Assembly: GCA_027531565.1 (NCBI GenBank)
Contig: JAPZSB010000008.1
Coordinates: forward strand, 148,350 to 212,349
Length of the DNA: 64,000 nucleotides
From: Beijerinckiaceae bacterium
Lineage (GTDB): Bacteria > Pseudomonadota > Alphaproteobacteria > Rhizobiales > Beijerinckiaceae
Reading direction: 5' to 3'
This document shows positions 27,695 to 35,831 of this stretch, piece by piece. Each line of letters starts with the position of its first letter. The first letter of the stretch is position 1. A program made the position numbers and the translations under genes. The notes beneath the pieces are model-generated. The model was not told the DNA's origin, searched no databases, and saw only the letters and a program-made list of their open reading frames with translations.

Positions 27695-28270
27695 ATGAAG
27701 AGAATGATCGCGGCCGGCATGCTGGCCTTTGCGCTCGGCGGCTGCACGCCGGAGCTCCAGCTGCAGACGGAGCCGGCCTATTCACCGGCTTGGTGCCAGG
27801 CCGCCAAGGCCTTCCCGCGCTCGGGCACCTATCTCTACGCGGTGGCGCAATGCCATCAGCGCGGCGTTGCCGGCTTCCCGCAGGAAGAGAATGTCATCGT
27901 CTATTACCTGAACGAGGCGGCCCGCTGGGGCAATACCGAGGCCGGCGCGGCATTGGCCTCGCGCGGGCTGCCGATCCCCGATGACGATCTGCGCCGGGAA
28001 GCGGCTGACCGCCGCGATGCCGAACGCAACCGGCAGGCGCTGATCCAGGCGCTGAACCCGCCGCGGCCGGCACCGCGCCCGCAGACCACGGCGCCGGTGG
28101 TGCGCCCCGCTGTCGTGCAGCCGCCGCGCCCGACCAACGTGAATACCAGCACGTTCCAGCGCGAGAACCGCTCGACCTCGACCAAGCGCAATTGCGTGAA
28201 CAATGTCTGCCGGATCGAGACGACGACCTGCGTCGACGGCCGCTGCACCACAACGGTCACGAACCAGTAG
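27695..28270 (+). CDS. Hypothetical lipoprotein
   Basis: Lipobox MKRMIAAGMLAFALGGC. Sel1-like segment, Pro-rich linker and a C-terminal four-Cys motif NCVNNVCRIETTTCVDGRC. Confidence 0.6.
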   Translation: MKRMIAAGMLAFALGGCTPELQLQTEPAYSPAWCQAAKAFPRSGTYLYAVAQCHQRGVAGFPQEENVIVYYLNEAARWGNTEAGAALASRGLPIPDDDLRREAADRRDAERNRQALIQALNPPRPAPRPQTTAPVVRPAVVQPPRPTNVNTSTFQRENRSTSTKRNCVNNVCRIETTTCVDGRCTTTVTNQ

Positions 28271-28285
28271 CGACCGGACTGTTGT

Positions 28286-28317
28286 CCCCGCCGCAACCGA
28301 AACCCTCCGCGGCGGGG
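28286..28317. terminator. Hairpin between convergent genes
   Basis: ccccgccgc (28286-28294) pairs with gcggcgggg (28309-28317). Lies between the lipoprotein and gloA stops. Confidence 0.45.
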
Positions 28318-28336
28318 TGCCTTTCCGGGGAGGCCG

Positions 28337-28777
28337 TTACCAGCTGCCGGTGTTCGGCATGCTCGCCCAGGGCTCGGCAACCGGCAGGTTGTCGCCCTTC
28401 TGGAGCAGCTCGACCGAAATGCCGTCCGGTGATTTCACGAAGGCCATCCGGCCCTCCCGGGGTGGACGGTGGATCGTGTAGCCCATTGCCTGGATATGGG
28501 CGCAGGTCTCGTAGATATTGTCGACGCGATAGGCGAGATGGCCGAAATTGCGCCCGCCCGTATAGGCCTCGTCATCCCAGTTATAGGTCAGCTCGACTTC
28601 CTTGGACTTGTGCGCCCTGGCGTGCTCGACATCGCCCGGCGCGGCCAGGAAGATGAGCGTGAACCGCCCTTGTGCGTTGTCGATCCGCCGGGTTTCGACG
28701 AGACCGAGGGCATCGCGGTAGAAGCGGAGGCTTTCCTCGACATTCCGGATGCGCACCATCGTGTGCAGATATTCCAT
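28337..28777 (-). CDS. gloA: Lactoylglutathione lyase (glyoxalase I)
   Basis: MEYLHTMVRIRNVEESLRFYRDALGL..ELTYNWD..GHLAYRVDNIYE..SPDGISVELLQ is a classic GloA/VOC pattern. Confidence 0.88.
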   Translation of the reverse strand: MEYLHTMVRIRNVEESLRFYRDALGLVETRRIDNAQGRFTLIFLAAPGDVEHARAHKSKEVELTYNWDDEAYTGGRNFGHLAYRVDNIYETCAHIQAMGYTIHRPPREGRMAFVKSPDGISVELLQKGDNLPVAEPWASMPNTGSW

Positions 28778-28872
28778 GATCTTTCCTCAGCTGGATGCTT
28801 GCGCCGGGAGGGCGCTCGGGGATAACGCTTTGTGCCTCACTTGGTGTCGCGCTTCCAGCCCTCAAGGTGCCC

Positions 28873-29508
28873 ATGACTGTCCTCCCGCGCTTTTCCCCGC
28901 TCCTTGGCAAGGCCCGCGTCATTCCCGTGATCACGCTCGACCGTGTGGAGGATGCCGTGCCGCTGGCCCGGGCCCTCCAGGCCGGGGGGATCGACGTTGT
29001 CGAGGTGACGCTGCGCACGGACGCCGCGCTGCGCGGCTGCGAGGCCATTGCCCGCGAATGCCCCGATCTCGTGCTGGGCATCGGAACGGTTCTCACGCCC
29101 TCGCAGATCGGCGAGGCGAGGGATGCCGGCGCGCGTTTCCTTGTCACGCCGGGGACCTCGGAGAAGCTCGGCCTTGCGGTCGCGGCCAGCGGCATTCCGT
29201 GCCTGCCCGGCGCGGCAACCGTGTCGGAAATGGTCGCGCTGATGGAAATGGGCTTCCATGAACTGAAATTCTTCCCGGCCGAGGCCGCAGGCGGTGTCGA
29301 CTACCTGAAATCCGTCGCCGGCCCGCTTGGCGACCTGCGCTTCTGTCCGACGGGCGGCATTTCGCCGGCCAATGCCGGCACCTATCTTGCCCTTGGCAAC
29401 GTGCTCTGCATCGGCGGCTCCTGGATGGTGCCAAAGGCGGCTGTCGCTGCCGGTCACTGGGATGAGATCACGGCCCTCTCCCGGGCGGCGGCCGCCCTCG
29501 GGCAATGA
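28873..29508 (+). CDS. eda: 2-dehydro-3-deoxyphosphogluconate / 4-hydroxy-2-oxoglutarate aldolase
   Basis: VIPVITLDRVEDAVPLARALQAGGIDVVEVTLRT..LKFFPAEAAGG..CPTGGI are Eda motifs. Start chosen at the internal ATG 28873. Confidence 0.88.
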   Translation: MTVLPRFSPLLGKARVIPVITLDRVEDAVPLARALQAGGIDVVEVTLRTDAALRGCEAIARECPDLVLGIGTVLTPSQIGEARDAGARFLVTPGTSEKLGLAVAASGIPCLPGAATVSEMVALMEMGFHELKFFPAEAAGGVDYLKSVAGPLGDLRFCPTGGISPANAGTYLALGNVLCIGGSWMVPKAAVAAGHWDEITALSRAAAALGQ

Positions 29509-30251
29509 GCGCGGCGCCGGCTGGCCTGCTCGAGACCGTGGCGAAGGCGCGCCGGATCGTCGCCTTCACCGGAGCGGGCATGTCGACCGAAAGCGGCGTG
29601 CCCGATTTCCGCTCGCCCGGCTCGCCCTGGATGGCGAACAAGCCGATTCCCTTCGAGGCCTTCGTCAGCAACGCCGCGGCCCGCCGCGAGGCCTGGCGGC
29701 GCAAGTTCACCATGGATGATCTCTACCGGGATGCGCAGCCCGCCGATGGCCATCGCGCGCTGGTCAACCTCCATCGCGCGGGGCGCCTCGCCGGCCTCAT
29801 CACCCAGAATATCGACGGGCTCCACCAGGCGGCTGGCCTGCCGCCGGAGCAGGTGGTCGAGATCCATGGCAACGGCACCTATGCCACCTGCCTCGAATGC
29901 GGCCAGCGCCACGAACTGGGCCCGATCCGCGCCCATTTCGAGACGCATGGCCATGCCCCGGCCTGCGAGGCCTGCGGTGGCCTCGTGAAAAGCGCGACAA
30001 TCTCCTTCGGACAGCGCATGCCGGCGGAGGCCATGGCGCGGGCGGTCGATCTCGCGCGGTCCTGCGATCTCTTCCTCGTCGCCGGCTCGTCGCTGGTCGT
30101 CTACCCCGCCGCCGAACTGCCCGTCCTCGCCCGCCGGAACGGCGCCACTCTGGTCATCATCAACCGCGAGCCGACCCCGCTCGATGACCTGGCGGATCAT
30201 GTCTGGCGCGGCGAGATCGGCCCGATTTTCAGGCAGATTGACGCGGTCTGA
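29505..30251 (+). CDS. cobB: NAD-dependent protein deacylase (Sir2 family)
   Basis: FTGAGMSTESGVPDFRS, QNIDGLH, Zn motif CLECG...CEACGG. ATGA overlap with eda. Confidence 0.9.
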   Translation: MSAAPAGLLETVAKARRIVAFTGAGMSTESGVPDFRSPGSPWMANKPIPFEAFVSNAAARREAWRRKFTMDDLYRDAQPADGHRALVNLHRAGRLAGLITQNIDGLHQAAGLPPEQVVEIHGNGTYATCLECGQRHELGPIRAHFETHGHAPACEACGGLVKSATISFGQRMPAEAMARAVDLARSCDLFLVAGSSLVVYPAAELPVLARRNGATLVIINREPTPLDDLADHVWRGEIGPIFRQIDAV

Positions 30252-30446
30252 AGCGAAGATCGGCAAAAGCGAAAGTGGCCGTGGATATTCATCGCTCCTG
30301 ATGCTTCCGCGTGATGTTTAGGGATTGCCGAAGTCACGGAGTTGAAGGCATGGTTAATGCAGGAGAAAGATTCGTTGTGCGTCGGTGATCTCCGGCCCGT
30401 TCGGAGAGTACCGGCACAACGAACGGAACGCGGGCCGTGTGTTGCG

Positions 30447-31058
30447 ATGGGTGAAGATTTCGGCGCCAAGGGATTTGGCAATCGCTTCCTGGTTCCGGGA
30501 TCGGCCGGGGAGGCTGATCTGCGGCAGGATGACCAGCCGCTCGACCTTGTCGAGATTTCCGGCCGGATCAAATGGTTCGATGTCTCCAAGGGCTTCGGCT
30601 TCATCATCCCGGATAACGGCATGCCGGATGTGCTGCTGCATGTGAGCTGCCTCCGGCGGGACGGCTACCAGACGGCGCCGGAAGGCGCGCGCATCGTGGT
30701 CGAGGCCATCGAGCGGCAGCGCGGCTACCAGACCTTCCGTATCCTCTCGATGGATGTCTCCACCGCCACCCATCCCTCGCAATTGCCGCCGGCCCGCACG
30801 CATGTGCAGGTGACGCCGACGGGCGGTTTCGAGCGCGTCGTCGTCAAGTGGTTCAACCGGCTGCGCGGCTTCGGCTTCGTCACAAGGGGGGACGGGACGG
30901 AGGACATTTTCGTCCATATGGAAACCCTGCGCCGCACCGGCATCGCCGAACTGGTGCCGGGCGAAGTGGTCTATGTCCGGTTCGGGAACGGGCCGAAGGG
31001 GCTGATGGCCTCGGAGGTCCGGATCGCCGAGGATGGAAATCCCCCGGCATCGCATTGA
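30447..31058 (+). CDS. Cold-shock protein with two cold-shock domains
   Basis: Two CSD cores: GRIKWFDVSKGFGFI and VVKWFNRLRGFGFV. Start uncertain (30447 chosen; the ORF extends to 30342). Confidence 0.8.
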   Translation: MGEDFGAKGFGNRFLVPGSAGEADLRQDDQPLDLVEISGRIKWFDVSKGFGFIIPDNGMPDVLLHVSCLRRDGYQTAPEGARIVVEAIERQRGYQTFRILSMDVSTATHPSQLPPARTHVQVTPTGGFERVVVKWFNRLRGFGFVTRGDGTEDIFVHMETLRRTGIAELVPGEVVYVRFGNGPKGLMASEVRIAEDGNPPASH

Positions 31059-31196
31059 CCCGACTCGGGTTCTCGCGTCGCGGTTGAATTAATTTTTTAA
31101 CATAATCGTGGATAGTTGCTTGGGAAGGCGGCCCGAAAGGGCGGCCTTCCGAGTGCAACCCTGATTGGAAGGGCGCCGGGAAGCGGCGTCGGCAAC

Positions 31197-31778
31197 ATGA
31201 GCGAGAAGCTGGATCACACGAAGGCGGTCGAGCGGGGCAAGACCCGGTCCCGCGTCTTCATCTTCGGGTTGGTTGTCGTTCTGGTCGGCGTGATCGGAAT
31301 CTCCCTGACGACCAACCTGAACCGCATGTACCAGAAATGGGACGAGACGGCGAAGAACAATCAGGGCGCGAGCGGGCAGGGCGGCAGCGTGGCCGGCGCC
31401 GGCCAGCTCGAGCGGCTCGAGATCATCTCCGGCGACCGCCGCCACATCGTCAATGTCGAGGTCGCGCGGAATGATGCCCAGCGGGCGCGGGGCCTGATGT
31501 TCCGGCAATCCATGCCGCAGGACCAGGGGATGCTGTTCGATTTCGAACGCGACCAGATGGTCACGATGTGGATGAAGAACACCTATATCTCGCTCGACAT
31601 GATCTTCATCTTCGCGGATGGCCGGGTCCACCGGATCGAGAGCCGGACGGAGCCGGAATCCGAGAAGATGATCTCCTCCGGCGTGCCGGTGCGGGCCGTG
31701 CTCGAACTCAACGCCAATGTCGCCAACCGGCTCGGCCTGAAGCCCGGCGACCGCATCGTCCATCCGATGTTCCGCTGA
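31197..31778 (+). CDS. DUF192 domain-containing membrane-anchored protein
   Basis: N-terminal TM helix, then VEVARNDAQRARGLMFR..MPQDQGMLF..MWMKNTYISLDMIF, which are DUF192 hallmarks. Confidence 0.8.
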   Translation: MSEKLDHTKAVERGKTRSRVFIFGLVVVLVGVIGISLTTNLNRMYQKWDETAKNNQGASGQGGSVAGAGQLERLEIISGDRRHIVNVEVARNDAQRARGLMFRQSMPQDQGMLFDFERDQMVTMWMKNTYISLDMIFIFADGRVHRIESRTEPESEKMISSGVPVRAVLELNANVANRLGLKPGDRIVHPMFR

Positions 31779-31859
31779 AAGGCGGGGCGGGCCGGCCGCA
31801 TGCCGGCTTGTCGCGCTCCGGCAGGCATGGTAGCCGGACAGCCTCGGCCGTCGGGCTGA

Positions 31860-31936
31860 CGGGGTATAGCGCAGTCTGGTAGCGCGGTAGTTTTGGGTAC
31901 TACAGGTCGTAGGTTCGAATCCTGCTACCCCGACCA
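31860..31936 (+). tRNA. tRNA-Pro (anticodon TGG)
   Basis: Manual cloverleaf: acceptor CGGGGTA/TACCCCG, D-arm GCGC..GCGC, anticodon stem GTAGT/ACTAC with loop TTTGGGT, T-arm GTAGG-TTCGAAT-CCTGC, encoded CCA. Confidence 0.9.
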
Positions 31937-32150
31937 TCTTCGCAAGTCCCACCCTTTTGCCGCGCTTCACCGGTTCGGTCCATGGCAGCGGTTGACGCGC
32001 CCCGCGCGAGCGTGCAAACGCCTGACCATCGGAATCCCGTTGATCCCGCCCGGTCCTTGGGCCAGCGTTTCGACTGGAACGTCCGGCCGCGAATCGGCCC
32101 CGCCGGACGCGTTGCGTGAAGAGGGTCCACCTGAAGAAGGGTCCACGGCC

Positions 32151-32459
32151 ATGACCGCCAGAATCTATTGCCCGGCCAAGACGGCCATGCAGTCCGGAAC
32201 GGCGAAGACCGGGCGCTGGCTGCTCGAGTTCGAGCCTGCCCGGCAGGCGCGCAGCATCGAGCCGCTGATGGGCTGGACCAGCTCGGCCGACACGCTGTCG
32301 CAGGTCAAGCTGTGGTTCGAGACGAAGGACGAGGCCATCGCCTATGCCACCCGCAACGGGCTGCCCTACCGTGTCGAGGAACCGCGCCAGGCCTCGCGCC
32401 GGCCGATGGCCTATTCAGACAATTTCCGGTTCGACCGGATCGGTACCTGGACGCATTGA
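32151..32459 (+). CDS. ETC complex I subunit conserved-region protein (NDUFS4-like)
   Basis: MTARIYCPAKTAMQSGTAKTGRWLLEFEP...PLMGWTSSADTLSQVKL.F..KDEAIAYA is a typical alphaproteobacterial NDUFS4 homologue. Confidence 0.85.
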   Translation: MTARIYCPAKTAMQSGTAKTGRWLLEFEPARQARSIEPLMGWTSSADTLSQVKLWFETKDEAIAYATRNGLPYRVEEPRQASRRPMAYSDNFRFDRIGTWTH

Positions 32460-32480
32460 ATTCGGCGCCCCGCGCCGTTC

Positions 32481-32557
32481 GGCCCCTTAGCTCAGCTGGA
32501 TAGAGCGCGTGCCTTCTAAGCATGAGGTCGCAGGTTCGAGCCCTGCAGGGGTCGCCA
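32481..32557 (+). tRNA. tRNA-Arg (anticodon TCT)
   Basis: Manual cloverleaf: acceptor GGCCCCT/AGGGGTC (one G-U), D-arm GCTC..GAGC, anticodon stem CGTGC/GCATG with loop CTTCTAA, T-arm GCAGG-TTCGAGC-CCTGC, encoded CCA. Confidence 0.9.
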
Positions 32558-32594
32558 AAATCCCATGGGTAACAAAGCGTTATCCATGGATTTT
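32557..32594 (+). terminator. Hairpin plus T-run after tRNA-Arg
   Basis: aaaatcccatgg / ccatggatttt (11 bp with 1-nt bulge). The 3' arm ends in tttt. Confidence 0.55.
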
Positions 32595-32766
32595 CATAAA
32601 TTGATTCCGCGACTTCATGTGCCGCGTGAGGCGAATGGAGCGGTCTTCTGGGTCGATCGTGCCGGGAAGTCGCCGGTCCGGACCGCCCGGGGCCGCGGCA
32701 GATAGACTCGGCGATGTTAAGATTCGGTTGCAGGCCGGCTGTCGCGACTTTCTGTCATTGCTGTCT

Positions 32767-32856
32767 TGAATCAAAATCTCATCGGGCGCACATACGCGTC
32801 CGAAGGCCACATGATCGATGCCGGACGGCGCGTTGATTCTGCTGGTGAATCAAAAT
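32767..32856 (+). promoter_or_regulatory. AT-rich repeat motifs upstream of the ArnT-like gene
   Basis: The exact 11-mer tgaatcaaaat occurs at 32767-32777 and 32846-32856. A perfect inverted repeat TTGATTC-N7-GAATCAA lies at 32833-32853. Confidence 0.45.
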
Positions 32857-32925
32857 GTGAGCGGCATCCGGCCCCGGGGGAATTTCCGCCTCGGACCGGA
32901 GCGCCGGCCAAGCGAGTGACCGCTG

Positions 32926-34671
32926 ATGTCCAATCCCGTCTCGGCCCTGTTCCAGCATGATTGGCGCGGTGTCCTTCATGCCCTGACCCGCACGCACCGG
33001 CGGGCCATGCTGGCGCTGGTGCTGGTCTCGGCCTGCTTCTTCCTGCCGGGGCAGATGTCGCTCCAGCCGATGGACCGTGACGAGCCGCGTTTCGCGCAGG
33101 CCTCGAAGCAGATGCTGGAGACCGGTGACTTCGTCGATATCCGCTTCCAGGAAGAGGCCCGCCACAAGAAGCCGGTCGGCATCTACTGGATGCAGAGCGC
33201 GGCCGTTTCCATCGGCGAATGGCTCGGCGTGCCGGATGCCCGGCGGACGATCGGCCTCTACCGCGTGCCCTCCTTCCTCGGCGCGATCGCGATGGTCCTG
33301 CTGACCTACTGGGCGGCCCTGGCCTTTCTGTCGCGCGAGGGGGCGCTGCTCGCCGCCCTGATGATGGCAGGTTCGATCCTGCTCGGGGTCGAGGCGCGCC
33401 TCGCCAAGACCGACGCCGTCCTCGGCGCGCTGAGTGTCGCGACGCTCGGCTTCATGGCGCGGGCCTATCTGGCCAGCCGATCGCCGGGAATTGCCCCCGG
33501 CCTGACGCAACGCCATCTCGTCCTGTTCTGGCTGGTCATCGGCGTGGCCGTGCTGGTCAAGGGCCCGATCACCCCACTGGTCGCCGCGCTTGCCATCGCG
33601 GTCCTCGCCTGGCGCGACCGGGATCTCGGCTGGGCGAAGGGCATGCGTCCGGGCCTCGGCCTCCTCATCGTCGCGCTGGTCGTGCTGCCCTGGCTGTCGC
33701 TGATGCTCGCCAAGGCCGGTAGCAGCTTCTTCGCCGAGTCGATCGGCAAGGACATGCTCGCCAAGGTCGGCTCCGCGCAGGAAAAGCATGGCGCTCCGCC
33801 CGGCACCTATCTCGGCGTGTTCTGGCTGACCTTCTGGCCGGCTGCCCCGCTGGCCTTGCTGGCCATTCCCTTCGCCTGGCGCGAGAGGCGGGATGACGGC
33901 GTGGCCTTCCTCCTCGCCTGGATCGTGCCGTTCTGGCTGATCCTCGAGGCCGTGCCGACCAAGCTGCCGCATTACGTCCTGCCGGTCTATCCGGCCATCG
34001 CCATCCTGATCATGATCGCGGCCGAACGCTCGGGCCTGATGCAGCAACGCTGGGCGCGCGGGCTGGCGGCTTTCCTGCTGCTGCTGGTTCCGCTGGTCCT
34101 GCTGGTCGGCGTGCCCGGCCTTTTCCTTCTGCTCGAGGAAGGTCTCGCCATCCTCCGGCTGCCGTTCCTCGCCTTGCCCTTCCTCGTCGTTGCCTTTGCC
34201 CTCGGCGCCTATGGCACCTGGATGCTGGCGCGCCGGGCCAAGCCCGTCCGCGCGCTGGTGGCCGGCCTTTCCGCCAGCCTGATGCTGACGCTGGCCGCCT
34301 ATCCGAACGGCCTGCCGATGCTGAAAGCCTTCAACCTGTCGCCCCGCCTCGCCGAGGCGGCCCGCGCCACCGGCTGCGTCAGCCCCGCCTATGCGACCGT
34401 CGGCTATCGCGAGCCGAGCCTTGTCTTCCTCACCGACACCGCGTTGCTGATGACCGATGCCGCTGGCGCCGCAGCCTTCATCGACCGCGAGGGCGAGGGC
34501 TGCCGCATCGCCTTCATCGAGCGGGCCTCGGAGGAGGCGTTCCGCGCGGCCCTGCAGGGCCGCACCGCCCCGGCCCTCGTCACCCGTGTGCGCGGGGTCA
34601 ACATCAATGCGGCGCTCGACAAGCAGCGACGGTTGCGCGTGCTCGATATCGCCGTGTATGTCCGCCGCTGA
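32926..34671 (+). CDS. ArnT-like glycosyltransferase (GT39/GT83, polyprenyl-phosphate-sugar dependent)
   Basis: 581-aa polytopic protein with DEPRFAQASKQMLETGDFVDIRFQEEARHKKPVGIYWMQ, the conserved first periplasmic loop of ArnT/PMT-type enzymes. Confidence 0.85.
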   Translation: MSNPVSALFQHDWRGVLHALTRTHRRAMLALVLVSACFFLPGQMSLQPMDRDEPRFAQASKQMLETGDFVDIRFQEEARHKKPVGIYWMQSAAVSIGEWLGVPDARRTIGLYRVPSFLGAIAMVLLTYWAALAFLSREGALLAALMMAGSILLGVEARLAKTDAVLGALSVATLGFMARAYLASRSPGIAPGLTQRHLVLFWLVIGVAVLVKGPITPLVAALAIAVLAWRDRDLGWAKGMRPGLGLLIVALVVLPWLSLMLAKAGSSFFAESIGKDMLAKVGSAQEKHGAPPGTYLGVFWLTFWPAAPLALLAIPFAWRERRDDGVAFLLAWIVPFWLILEAVPTKLPHYVLPVYPAIAILIMIAAERSGLMQQRWARGLAAFLLLLVPLVLLVGVPGLFLLLEEGLAILRLPFLALPFLVVAFALGAYGTWMLARRAKPVRALVAGLSASLMLTLAAYPNGLPMLKAFNLSPRLAEAARATGCVSPAYATVGYREPSLVFLTDTALLMTDAAGAAAFIDREGEGCRIAFIERASEEAFRAALQGRTAPALVTRVRGVNINAALDKQRRLRVLDIAVYVRR

Positions 34672-34691
34672 GCCAAAGGACGGAGCGCCGC

Positions 34692-35483
34692 GTGGACCAG
34701 AGTGACAGCAAGACCGGGGAATCCGAGGCCTCCGCCAAGGTGGCGGCACCGCTGGTTTCGGTCGTCGTTCCGGTCCGGAACGAGGAAGGCAATGTCGCGC
34801 CGCTTCTTGCCGAGATCGTCGCTGCGCTCGAAAGCGGCCCGGCTTTCGAGGTGATCTTCGTCGATGACGGCTCGACCGACGAGACGCCGACCATCCTCGC
34901 CAACCTGCGCGGCACCTATCCGCAGCTCCGCCAGCTGCGCCATGGCCGGAGCGGCGGCCAGTCTGCCGCGATCCGCTCGGGCGTCCGCTTCGCCAACGGC
35001 ACCTTTATCGCGACGCTTGATGGCGATGGCCAGAACAACCCGGCCTTCATCCCGCAGATGATCCGCCTGTTGCAGGATGGCGAGGGAAAAATCGGGATCG
35101 TCCAGGGCCAGCGCGTCGGCCGCAAGGACACCGCCTTCAAGCGCTGGCAGTCCCGGACGGCAAACCGCATCCGCGGGGCCATCCTGAAGGACGGTACGCG
35201 TGATACCGGCTGCGGTCTCAAGGCCTTCCCGCGCGAGGTCTACCTCGCCCTGCCGTATTTCGACGCGATCCATCGCTTCATGCCAGCCTTGGTCAAGCGC
35301 GAGGGCTATGCCGTGGCGCATCTCGACGTGGTCGACCGGCCGCGCGGCTCCGGTGTCTCGAATTACGGGTTCTGGGGCCGCCTCCGGGTTGGCGTGCTCG
35401 ATCTCGCCGGCGTGTGGTGGCTGATCAAGCGCAAGCGCCCGACGCCGCCGGTGGCCGAGATCGGCGTGGAGCCGGGGGGCTGA
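34692..35483 (+). CDS. GT2 polyprenyl-phosphate glycosyltransferase (ArnC/DPM1-like)
   Basis: VSVVVPVRNEEGNV..., FVDDGSTDET, LDGDGQN, and C-terminal TM helices. GTG start. Confidence 0.85.
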   Translation: MDQSDSKTGESEASAKVAAPLVSVVVPVRNEEGNVAPLLAEIVAALESGPAFEVIFVDDGSTDETPTILANLRGTYPQLRQLRHGRSGGQSAAIRSGVRFANGTFIATLDGDGQNNPAFIPQMIRLLQDGEGKIGIVQGQRVGRKDTAFKRWQSRTANRIRGAILKDGTRDTGCGLKAFPREVYLALPYFDAIHRFMPALVKREGYAVAHLDVVDRPRGSGVSNYGFWGRLRVGVLDLAGVWWLIKRKRPTPPVAEIGVEPGG

Positions 35484-35484
35484 C

Positions 35485-35829
35485 ATGCTGATCCAGCTCT
35501 CGACCCACCTCAACTCCTTCCTGCATGATGTGTTCATCACCAATTTCACGTGGTGGGCCGTGCTGGGCGTATTCGGGCAATTGCTGTTCGCCGCCCGGTT
35601 CATCGTGCAATGGCTCGCCAGCGAGCGGGCGGGGCGCTCCGTCGTGCCGCTGGCCTTCTGGTTCTTTTCCATCGGCGGCGCCGCGATCGTGCTGGCCTAT
35701 GGAATCCACAAGCGCGACCCCGTGATCATCCTCGGGCAGGCGCTCAGCTTCTTCATCTATTTCCGCAACCTCGCCCTGATCGCGAAGGAACGGCGCGAGC
35801 GCGGGAAGGTGGCCTCGCAGGGGGATTGA
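35485..35829 (+). CDS. Lipid-A-disaccharide synthase N-terminal domain (LAB_N) membrane protein
   Basis: 114 aa. WAVLGVFGQLLFAARFIVQWLASERAGRSVVPLAFWFFSIGGAAIVLAYGIHKRDPV is typical LAB_N. Begins 1 nt after the GT2 stop. Confidence 0.8.
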   Translation: MLIQLSTHLNSFLHDVFITNFTWWAVLGVFGQLLFAARFIVQWLASERAGRSVVPLAFWFFSIGGAAIVLAYGIHKRDPVIILGQALSFFIYFRNLALIAKERRERGKVASQGD

Positions 35830-35831
35830 GC

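Noticed and set aside
31860-32925. tRNA-Pro / tRNA-Arg region as an integration hotspot or genomic-island border
   Set aside because: There is no integrase or mobility gene, and I could not find a direct repeat of either tRNA 3' end downstream. Flanking genes look like native core functions with uniform composition.
32779-34749. 656-aa minus-strand ORF
   Set aside because: It is antisense to the ArnT-like membrane protein gene, has a low-complexity charged composition and no motifs.
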